Positions 1-7,850 of a stretch of DNA of 41,159 nucleotides are shown one piece after another (the first letter of the stretch is position 1; each line of letters opens with the position of its first letter). Below the pieces are notes generated by a model that saw only the letters and a program-made list of their open reading frames with translations, did no database searches and had not been told where the DNA came from. Origin of the DNA: an uncultured Eubacterium sp. GTDB lineage: Bacteria > Bacillota > Clostridia > Lachnospirales > Lachnospiraceae. The position numbers were made by a program, and so were the translations under genes. Where the stretch lies: contig CAZLZX010000001.1 of assembly GCA_964564095.1 (NCBI GenBank), positions 1 through 41,159 of the forward strand, read 5' to 3'.

Positions 1-248
1 GAATAAAAACTTCTTATCCTTAATCTGCCTGAAGCGCTTACATCGCTATCAGTTTACTTTTATTACAACCTAAGATTAGCAAACTTCCAATTATTTCTCA
101 TACAGAAACTATCATATAAAAACTGCTGCATTTTGTTAAAATTTTGATACCTTAACCGAATGGTTTTAGAAAATTTAGAAATTAATTACTGAGCTGTTTC
201 ACATCCTCGATGCGACATAGACTTATTAAGATTTTAAATATGTAAGCA

Positions 249-277
249 ATAGTATCACTTTTCATGCAAAAATGCAA
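249..277 (-). promoter_or_regulatory. Leftward sigma-A promoter (target gene outside window)
   Basis: Minus strand TTGCAT-17 bp-TACTAT with TG extended -10. Confidence 0.45.
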
Positions 278-437
278 GCATTACTTTGCTCTGTTTGTTT
301 TTTGATATTTTATTATAGAAAAAACTCCCCGCCTATAGTATGATTACTAAATAAAGAAATGTACACACACTTTACCATCTATCAAATGAGCCATAAGCTC
401 GTTACGGGAAACATTTATATAGGAAGGAACTTATCAT

Positions 438-1298
438 ATGTGGATTGCAGATCAATGGAAAGATTATGAAGTCATAGATTGCTCGAAAGGCGAAAAGCTG
501 GAGCGCTGGGGTAACTATACTCTGGTCCGTCCCGACCCCCAGGTCATCTGGGATACCCCCAAAAAAGAAAAAGGCTGGCATCAAAGGAACGCCCACTATC
601 ATCGCAGCAAAAAAGGCGGCGGCGAGTGGGAATTTTTTGATCTCCCGGAACAGTGGACGATTCATTACAAAGAACTTACCTTTAACCTAAAACCTTTCAG
701 CTTCAAACATACCGGGCTGTTTCCGGAGCAGGCCGCAAACTGGGACTGGTTTGGGAACAAAATCCGAAATGCCGGCAGACCAGTTAAAGTTTTAAACTTA
801 TTTGCCTATACCGGAGGCGCCACTTTAGCTGCCGCAGCAGCAGGCGCTAATGTAACCCATGTAGACGCATCCAAAGGAATGGTACAATGGGCAAAAGAAA
901 ATGCCGCATCTTCCGGCTTAAGCGACAAACCGATCCGCTGGCTGGTGGACGACTGTGTAAAATTCGTTGAACGCGAAATACGCCGGGGCAATCACTACGA
1001 TGCCATTATCATGGATCCGCCGTCCTACGGCAGAGGTCCTAAAGGAGAAATCTGGAAAATCGAAGAAGCGATTCATCCGTTGGTTAAGCTCTGTACGCAG
1101 ATCTTATCCGACGATCCGCTGTTTTTCCTGATCAATTCCTACACCACAGGACTTCAGCCCGCAGTGTTAGCTTATATGCTTGGTACTGAAATGAAAAAAT
1201 ATAACGGTACGGTAGATGCCCAGGAAATCGGACTTCCGGTAACCTCAAACGGACTGGTGCTTCCATGCGGAGCTTCCGGACGTTGGGAAGCAAAATAG
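438..1298 (+). CDS. Class I SAM-dependent methyltransferase (RlmI/RlmK-like, putative rRNA methylase)
   Basis: KHTGLFPEQ, VLNLFAYTGG, VDAS, IMDPPSYG motifs; RBS AGGAAGG. Confidence 0.85.
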   Translation: MWIADQWKDYEVIDCSKGEKLERWGNYTLVRPDPQVIWDTPKKEKGWHQRNAHYHRSKKGGGEWEFFDLPEQWTIHYKELTFNLKPFSFKHTGLFPEQAANWDWFGNKIRNAGRPVKVLNLFAYTGGATLAAAAAGANVTHVDASKGMVQWAKENAASSGLSDKPIRWLVDDCVKFVEREIRRGNHYDAIIMDPPSYGRGPKGEIWKIEEAIHPLVKLCTQILSDDPLFFLINSYTTGLQPAVLAYMLGTEMKKYNGTVDAQEIGLPVTSNGLVLPCGASGRWEAK

Positions 1299-1369
1299 TA
1301 TCCGATCACTGATAACTATCCGCCGTCACTATATTCTGGTCTGATGACCACTCATTAATATACGTAGTC

Positions 1370-1414
1370 AAAAAGCTATTCGAAGGATTGATTCCTGTCT
1401 CGAATAGCTTTTTT
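1370..1414. terminator. Bidirectional intrinsic terminator
   Basis: AAAAGCTATTCGA...TCGAATAGCTTTTTT between convergent genes. Confidence 0.85.
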
Positions 1415-1420
1415 ATCTGT

Positions 1421-2263
1421 CTATAATACTTTACCGTACTGTGCTGCCAGTTCATTCATTCTTTCTTCATCCAGCGTTATCACAAAATGCTCCGTATCAT
1501 ATATTTCACTTGTATCAATATTTGCCATAAAATCGCCAAAGCTTACCGCGCCTTTTCGTTCATCGCCTGCAACCAAAAGAACATTCCAGTCATCCACCTT
1601 AAGCTCATGATTCATAAAAACTCCCGGCTCAAATGGAAGGATCGTTGTCACTCCTGCCGACAATACATACATCCCAAACAGGCTTTCATCAAGCCGGCGA
1701 TAAACACTGGATCTCGCATAGTAAACATCCATTACCTGCATTTCATGCAGCATTCTTCCCAGCTTTTGCGGATCATGCCGAGTAATTGCAAGCTCCCTTT
1801 TTCCAATTGCAATCGGATGATATGCACCAAAAAGATACATGGTCCTGTATTCGCCTTTATTGATATTTTCGTCTATTTGTTTCAATGCGTCCTCACTGGC
1901 GGAAATATCTCCCGCAATATACGATTCTATCTTATCAAAGGAAGCCATTTCTCCATTTCTCTCAAATGTTTTTGTATTCAGCAGGTTACAAATTTTATTA
2001 ATATAATCATAGAAAAAGCGAATCTCTGCTTCTCCTGTGGGAAGAGACATCCGCAGCTCCACACTTCCTTTATCCAGAGATACCTCAAAGCCACGACAGA
2101 TATTCGACTTATGATACACAACCGTACAATTACCCTTTTCTCCTTCACATAAGCGATATGCCTCATCCATTACGCCATAACCCATATTTTCAAAAATAAT
2201 ATCCGACAGCTCCCTCTTTTTCCTGAACAAGCCTTTCTCTTTAATCAATACATCTACCGACAT
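1421..2263 (-). CDS. Conserved hypothetical protein, probably DUF4299 family
   Basis: 280 aa ORF with GGAGG RBS; N-terminus and RGFEV/LPT motifs resemble DUF4299 (from memory). Confidence 0.6.
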   Translation of the reverse strand: MSVDVLIKEKGLFRKKRELSDIIFENMGYGVMDEAYRLCEGEKGNCTVVYHKSNICRGFEVSLDKGSVELRMSLPTGEAEIRFFYDYINKICNLLNTKTFERNGEMASFDKIESYIAGDISASEDALKQIDENINKGEYRTMYLFGAYHPIAIGKRELAITRHDPQKLGRMLHEMQVMDVYYARSSVYRRLDESLFGMYVLSAGVTTILPFEPGVFMNHELKVDDWNVLLVAGDERKGAVSFGDFMANIDTSEIYDTEHFVITLDEERMNELAAQYGKVL

Positions 2264-2371
2264 GTTAATCCTCCATTATAAAATCCTAATTGTCTAACGA
2301 TACGAACCGGCGACATTTTCCACACCTGTAAATTGTCCGTGCTCCCAGATCCTTTTATTCCTACATTTATC

Positions 2372-2400
2372 ATTATAGCTTAAACACTGTTCCCATACAA
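2372..2400 (-). promoter_or_regulatory. Sigma-A promoter for 1421..2263
   Basis: Minus strand TTGTAT-17 bp-TATAAT. Confidence 0.7.
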
Positions 2401-2556
2401 GAAAATATTTTTTCTCATGTTTTTTCATATTTTATTATATTCCCTCAAATTATTATCACTTTGTTTCATTAATATATGCCGTTTTTTCATAATACAAAAG
2501 TTTCTCAAATGTTATAATAAAATATCAATGATATTGGGGGAGAAGGGGGCATTTCA

Positions 2557-3474
2557 ATGCATATCGAAAATCTTAATTTCAGTTTTATTCAAATGTGGTA
2601 TTTCATTCAAATCGTAGAATTTAAAAGCTATTCTAAAGCAGCCAAAAACCTGAATGTCTCACAATCCACACTCAGCAAAAGCATCCAAACATTAGAGCAA
2701 AACCTGAACCTCCAACTTTTTATCCGCAACAAAAAAAATCTCGTTCTAACTGACGCCGGAAGAACCTTACACAAAAGCTGGAAATCTATTTTAAATAATG
2801 TGGAAGAATCCCTGGAATTAGCCCGCAATTATGCCGGTGCAAACTATTCTACACTCCGTATTGGCGTATTGGATTCACATCGTTCCGAATCTTATCTTCT
2901 GGATTATCTGGCGCGCTTTCACAAACTAATGCCCAGCTGTAACGTCTGCATCGAAAGCGTACCACCGGAAACGCTCCGCAAAAAACTGCAGAATCATGAA
3001 TTTGACCTGATTTTCACTGTCCGATATGATGTGGAAACAGATGGATGGGACGGATTTCATATTCATATTTTTGAAGAATGTCCGCTGGCGCTGTGCATGC
3101 TTCCCAATAATTCATTAGCCGCAAAAAATGCTGTTGAAGTAGAAGATCTAAAAAGCTGTAACCTGATCGTCATTTCTTCTCTTCATGTTCCAAGTTATAA
3201 TATTATGTTAACAGAATTATGCAGGAAACATGGATTCCGTCCAAACATCGTATATAATACAACAAATGCGAACTCCCAGATTTTTAATCTGCAAAATGTG
3301 AATGACGTATTTATTTGTGATCATTTTCACAGAGATTACAACTCCGATAAAATTGTCAGCAAAACAATTCTGGACACCGAAAGCGGCGTAGCCATGGTAT
3401 GGAATCCCCAAAACAAAAAGAAAGCTTTGCACGCTTTTCTGAGCATGTATAATCTTTCCCCTCATGTAAAATAG
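2557..3474 (+). CDS. LysR-family transcriptional regulator
   Basis: N-terminal HTH SYSKAAKNLNVSQSTLSKSIQTLEQNLNLQLFIR..LTDAG plus substrate-binding domain. Confidence 0.93.
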   Translation: MHIENLNFSFIQMWYFIQIVEFKSYSKAAKNLNVSQSTLSKSIQTLEQNLNLQLFIRNKKNLVLTDAGRTLHKSWKSILNNVEESLELARNYAGANYSTLRIGVLDSHRSESYLLDYLARFHKLMPSCNVCIESVPPETLRKKLQNHEFDLIFTVRYDVETDGWDGFHIHIFEECPLALCMLPNNSLAAKNAVEVEDLKSCNLIVISSLHVPSYNIMLTELCRKHGFRPNIVYNTTNANSQIFNLQNVNDVFICDHFHRDYNSDKIVSKTILDTESGVAMVWNPQNKKKALHAFLSMYNLSPHVK

Positions 3475-3500
3475 TTAATAAAATACATTCTAAATAAACG

Positions 3501-3543
3501 GAAGAGAAGTGCTTTCCTGAATAATATGAAAACACTTCTCTTC
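3501..3543. terminator. Terminator hairpin between convergent lysR and sufE
   Basis: GAAGAGAAGTG...CACTTCTCTTC inverted repeat. Confidence 0.75.
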
Positions 3544-3596
3544 TGCTTTTAATGCCACACAAATCGCTTTATAACCTGCAAATTACATCTTCTCTC

Positions 3597-4016
3597 TTAT
3601 TTCCCCATACATTCAACTGCATACTGCTGTATCGCACCTATCACACTGTTTAATCCCTGAAAACGATCCGTACTGATCTGATTTTTAATTGAAGTTTCTT
3701 CAATGTATCGCACCTTTGCATCAGCCACATCTTCCACAGTCTGATCCTGGAACATTATAATTGCTACTGCAAACATTCCTTTTACAATCAGCGCTTCGGA
3801 GTCTCCCAGAATATGAATCCTCCCATCCTTTTCGGTGCATTTCAACCAGACCTTGGACTGACAGCCACGGATCAGGTGGCTGTCATCCTTGAAGTCATCG
3901 GGAAATGGTTCCAGTTCAGCGCCAATACGCAGGAGAAATTCATACTGCATCATCCAGTCATCAATCTCATTGAATGCCGTCATGAAACTATTTTGAATTT
4001 CTTCTATCGTCTGCAT
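3597..4016 (-). CDS. sufE: SufE-family sulfur acceptor protein
   Basis: DWMMQYEFLL, IRGCQSKVWL (active Cys), GDSEALIVKG, STDRFQGL motifs. Confidence 0.9.
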   Translation of the reverse strand: MQTIEEIQNSFMTAFNEIDDWMMQYEFLLRIGAELEPFPDDFKDDSHLIRGCQSKVWLKCTEKDGRIHILGDSEALIVKGMFAVAIIMFQDQTVEDVADAKVRYIEETSIKNQISTDRFQGLNSVIGAIQQYAVECMGK

Positions 4017-4038
4017 ATCAAATTCCTCAACTCATATT

Positions 4039-5574
4039 TTAATAAGCGATAACTGGTTCTAATCCCAGCATTTCTGCCAGCATTTCCAGTTCTTCCGTAT
4101 AATCGCCATATACCAGCGGCAGATGATTTCCGCCATATCTGATATGCTTCTTAAAGAAGTCCTTTTGATCATGTACCGTATAAATGACGCTCAACGAGCA
4201 ATTTTGCCGATCGTATCCTCCGCCTCCGACAATGGTTCCTTTGCCGATAAACAGTTTCTTACAATCAGGAGAAATTCTTGCCATTGTGATCGTCTGTCCT
4301 TTATCCTGCGCAAAATCATATCGCACAGTCCCGCCCCATCCGCTGTAGGCAAAAGGTTGAAGACCATAAGACGCCAACGGAGAATCAAACCCTTTCAATT
4401 TGCGGTTTGGCGTAGAATGGAAGGTATAATATAAATTCGGCGTAGTCTTAATATCTTTCAGCATATCTTCTGTGATAACACGTTCTGCAATCGCTTCTCC
4501 CTTCTCATCATAAGCAATCGGATTGGAATTTCCCATATATGGCGCAGAGTAGGACAAATTACAGAGAATCATCATCGCAACGACTGCTCCTATATCATAT
4601 TCACAAGCGGAAGGAATGCCGAGCTCATTGTTCAAAGTATGTGTCAGGCAGGAGGTAAACTGCTCTTCATTCAACCTTCTGCTGGCACATGCATCCGGAC
4701 AAGGCATACTGAATGCATTACAGTCTAATACATCCATCAACTTCTGAACCGTATAATATAATTTTACGGATTTAATCAATTTATCTTTCGCAATATTACA
4801 GTCTTTCGCCCCTGCGATCAGTTCATCCGTAATACGCTCTACCTCCACCATATCTTCATCTGTAAGATTATATAACGCCCGTCCGGGAACCGTGTGATTG
4901 GACTCCGGATCTACTACATGAGTCTGATCCATTAATTCATGGAAATTTACTACGCGGAATTTAATGCCAAATTTATCCGTTACCTGATCCAGACTGTTAA
5001 AGCTGGACTCAGAAGAATAGGATTTATTAGCATTATAACGCGGCGCCACAAGCACATTCATATTCTTTAATACTTTACGCACTCTCAATGCGCGCATTGT
5101 TTTCACACAATCATCCCAGGTAAGGAATCCATATGCTTCCAAACCTCTGGCGATTACGGGCGGTACACAATCTGCAATGCAGCAGCAGTTTCCCGGCATA
5201 ATAGCAATTGGTTTTTTATAACGCTGTGCAAACTCGGTTGTGATATCAGTACGTCCGATTTCCGTATTAAAAAGATACAAATCTACTGTTTCCATATCCT
5301 TTGCCATTTCTTCAAACATGGACTCTTTACTCAGGAAATCCTCATGACGCTCCACATAAACTGGTTCCAAAACATTTATCGCCGGATCATCTAAATATTT
5401 TTTCAGATCTTCCTTAAACTTTCCATATAATTCTGCTTCCATCATTTCATCATATTCTCTGGTCAGCTCTTCGCCATGTCCGAAACGGCACGGACCTTCA
5501 AATACTGTCATATGTACCAATGCCAGAAAAATGGGTCTTACATTTAATTTAATATCGATCCCTTTTTTTATCAT
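4039..5574 (-). CDS. L-fucose/L-arabinose isomerase-fold protein, Cys-rich (paralogue B)
   Basis: ACEYD, FHS and GNH metal-ligand-like motifs, C-terminal GQTITMARI..LFIGKG..YGDY; RBS AAAGGAG. Confidence 0.75.
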   Translation of the reverse strand: MIKKGIDIKLNVRPIFLALVHMTVFEGPCRFGHGEELTREYDEMMEAELYGKFKEDLKKYLDDPAINVLEPVYVERHEDFLSKESMFEEMAKDMETVDLYLFNTEIGRTDITTEFAQRYKKPIAIMPGNCCCIADCVPPVIARGLEAYGFLTWDDCVKTMRALRVRKVLKNMNVLVAPRYNANKSYSSESSFNSLDQVTDKFGIKFRVVNFHELMDQTHVVDPESNHTVPGRALYNLTDEDMVEVERITDELIAGAKDCNIAKDKLIKSVKLYYTVQKLMDVLDCNAFSMPCPDACASRRLNEEQFTSCLTHTLNNELGIPSACEYDIGAVVAMMILCNLSYSAPYMGNSNPIAYDEKGEAIAERVITEDMLKDIKTTPNLYYTFHSTPNRKLKGFDSPLASYGLQPFAYSGWGGTVRYDFAQDKGQTITMARISPDCKKLFIGKGTIVGGGGYDRQNCSLSVIYTVHDQKDFFKKHIRYGGNHLPLVYGDYTEELEMLAEMLGLEPVIAY

Positions 5575-5621
5575 ATTGATTTACTCCTTTACTTTTCGAT
5601 TCTGCATATTTTTTGTTGAAA

Positions 5622-5735
5622 CTATTCTTCTTCCTTTCGATTCTTTCTTCCCATTTTGTCCCAAACGGCACAAAGAATCACAAAAAATACCATTGCTAAC
5701 ACAACGCAAAGCATCCAGATCTGTGTCATCGACAT
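5622..5735 (-). CDS. Small single-TM membrane protein, 37 aa (not in ORF track)
   Basis: Manual translation MSMTQIWMLCVVLAMVFFVILCAVWDKMGRKNRKEEE; RBS AAGGAGG inside upstream ORF; ATG 1 nt after upstream stop. Confidence 0.75.
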   Translation of the reverse strand: MSMTQIWMLCVVLAMVFFVILCAVWDKMGRKNRKEEE

Positions 5736-5736
5736 A

Positions 5737-5874
5737 TTACGCTTCCTCCTTATCTACATCAATCAATTCATCGCTATCCCCGAATTTATTTAATTTTCCA
5801 ATCGCAAAACCTGCTGCCGTAATTGCAAATACGATAATTACCGTATACACAATTGTTGATATAACCATACTCAT
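5737..5874 (-). CDS. Small single-TM membrane protein, 45 aa (not in ORF track)
   Basis: Manual translation MSMVISTIVYTVIIVFAITAAGFAIGKLNKFGDSDELIDVDKEEA; RBS AAGGAGGT overlapping the symporter stop. Confidence 0.75.
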   Translation of the reverse strand: MSMVISTIVYTVIIVFAITAAGFAIGKLNKFGDSDELIDVDKEEA

Positions 5875-5879
5875 AACAG

Positions 5880-7343
5880 TTACCTCCTTGCCGCTTTCTG
5901 TTTCTGACTCACAAACAAACCTTTTCTGCCGGGCAATACCGCAGTAAGAATAATGCCAAATACAAGTGAAAAGATCAATGAAATATAATTTACATGGAAG
6001 TTAGCCAATCCAAGGGCATCCTGTACGCCAAACGTCGACCAGATACACACAACGATCCATGTAATAATAAATGTAATAATGGTAGCTTTTTCACTTCGTT
6101 TCCACCAGATTCCGATAATCGCCATAACAAAAATCGGAATTCCGAAGGAGAAGCACCAGTTTACCATCTGTGTTGGCTGCGGCTGTAAATTACAAATCAA
6201 AATAGACACGACACCAACCACAAATATCAGGACACGGGACATTTTGGTCTTTGTCTCTTCGGATGCATCCGGTTTATAAAGCGTATACATATCATGAGAA
6301 ATGATTGTAGCCGGAGCCAACGCCATAACCGCAAATGAAGAAAGGTCTACGCCCAAAAATCCCATTGCCAGCAAAGCTACCACTGGCTTCGGACACAACT
6401 CAATGATCATCATCGGAGACATCATCATTGCACCTGCTTCTCTGTAAGAAATAATCGAAAAAGCAGCAATGCCAATCAGCGCCGGAAGGATACAGAAACA
6501 TCCATTGATGGTGCCTGCAAACCACAGGGATTTCTTTACATCTTTATTACTTTTGGCTGTTGCCACTGGCTGAAATCCCGCCTGTGAAACGCCGTGGAAC
6601 AAAGATGCTCCCAACGCAGATGGAATGGCAAATCCGATTATCATAGCTGAATTTCCAAAAATGCTGGTCATCCATGATGTATCCGGATTTGATTCAATTG
6701 TACTTTGGACACCATTCCAGCCATCCGGCAAATTCTTACACAAACAGATAAAGACAGCAATCAAAGATACATACATCAGAATCGCATTGATCAGGTTCAG
6801 CCATGCGATCTCCTTCATACCTGCCAATACCACATACAACATGGCCAATATACCGCCGATAACTGCACAGACAAAATAATTTAACCCCGTCAGCATAGAC
6901 AAAGTGATAGCGATCGTCTCAACCTCCAGACAAGTCATTGCAATCATCAGAGCCGCATTGATAGCCGAAACCAAAATCCCGGATTTTTTACCAAAAATAT
7001 GTCCCAAAAACTCTCCAACTGTTTTTGCCCCTGTCCTTCGGATCCAGGGTCCTGTTACATTTGTAATAACTACCATCATGATCGCACATGCTATGCCAAA
7101 CCACACTGCAATCACTCCCATATCCGCAACATTTGCACAGGTTCCCCAGTTATGAGCGGAGCCAAGCAGAGTCAGGGCCAGTGTAATTCCTACCAACGAT
7201 GCCGGGAGTCCGCTTCCGGCAAACGCAAACCCTCCTTCTTCCTGACCGCCTTTTTTCCTATTTCTGCGATTGATAAACATACCAATCCCCAAAATAGAAA
7301 CAAACTCATAGATCAATACAATAATCAATACAACTATGTTCAT
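5880..7343 (-). CDS. Sodium:solute symporter (SSS family)
   Basis: About 13 TM segments; FAFAGSGLP, AKTVGEFLGHIFG, LYVVLAGMKEIAWLNLIN, ATIISHDMY motifs typical of SSS. Confidence 0.88.
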   Translation of the reverse strand: MNIVVLIIVLIYEFVSILGIGMFINRRNRKKGGQEEGGFAFAGSGLPASLVGITLALTLLGSAHNWGTCANVADMGVIAVWFGIACAIMMVVITNVTGPWIRRTGAKTVGEFLGHIFGKKSGILVSAINAALMIAMTCLEVETIAITLSMLTGLNYFVCAVIGGILAMLYVVLAGMKEIAWLNLINAILMYVSLIAVFICLCKNLPDGWNGVQSTIESNPDTSWMTSIFGNSAMIIGFAIPSALGASLFHGVSQAGFQPVATAKSNKDVKKSLWFAGTINGCFCILPALIGIAAFSIISYREAGAMMMSPMMIIELCPKPVVALLAMGFLGVDLSSFAVMALAPATIISHDMYTLYKPDASEETKTKMSRVLIFVVGVVSILICNLQPQPTQMVNWCFSFGIPIFVMAIIGIWWKRSEKATIITFIITWIVVCIWSTFGVQDALGLANFHVNYISLIFSLVFGIILTAVLPGRKGLFVSQKQKAARR

Positions 7344-7366
7344 TTTCTACCTCTCCTTTATCGAAT

Positions 7367-7795
7367 TTAGTTCTGATAAATCCCCTGTTTATTCAGAATT
7401 TCCCATATTACTGCCGCAAGTTCATACGTTGTTTTTATTCCCGCAGTTTTATCCAAAGGGAACTTGAGCTCAAGCTCCCTCTGGATCGCCATCATCAACA
7501 GAACCTTTTTATTCATAGCCGACGTAGCGCCCTCACAGGTTCCTTTATTATCAAAAGCAATCGCTCTCTCTTTACTGAGCTTGATTGCCTTTGCCACGCT
7601 TTGCTGTGCCAGCTCATCCAAAACGAAAACCCCATCCACATCTCCTGAAAGATTATACTTAAACAGCACATATTCATAGATATGTTCATGAAGTTCTTCC
7701 TTTGAAAGTCCCTGATGTTCTTTGATATAGGCAATTTCTTTCTCCGCACGAACCCGGTCACTGAGAAGATCTTTTTTCATACTGGAAAAATCCAC
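7367..7795 (-). CDS. Hypothetical protein with ACP-like C-terminal segment
   Basis: GTG start at 7795 preceded by CAGGAGG (ORF track start 7876 overlaps upstream gene); C-term CEGATSAMNKKVLLMMAIQRELELKFPLDKTAGIKTTYELAAVIW. Confidence 0.7.
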   Translation of the reverse strand: MDFSSMKKDLLSDRVRAEKEIAYIKEHQGLSKEELHEHIYEYVLFKYNLSGDVDGVFVLDELAQQSVAKAIKLSKERAIAFDNKGTCEGATSAMNKKVLLMMAIQRELELKFPLDKTAGIKTTYELAAVIWEILNKQGIYQN

Positions 7796-7850
7796 GTCAG
7801 CCTCCTGTTCAATTTCCCGCTTCTTACAGAAGCATCGGTATCCTTTTTCA

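Noticed and set aside
323-340. AACTCCCCGC-TATA similarity between the methyltransferase upstream region and the GT2 promoter
   Set aside because: About 10-bp match with different spacing; the GT2 copy is explained as an anti-RBS arm; likely chance
5531-5947. 138-aa plus-strand ORF in the symporter-isomerase gap
   Set aside because: Antisense to two better-supported small ORFs with perfect RBSs, and overlaps both flanking genes
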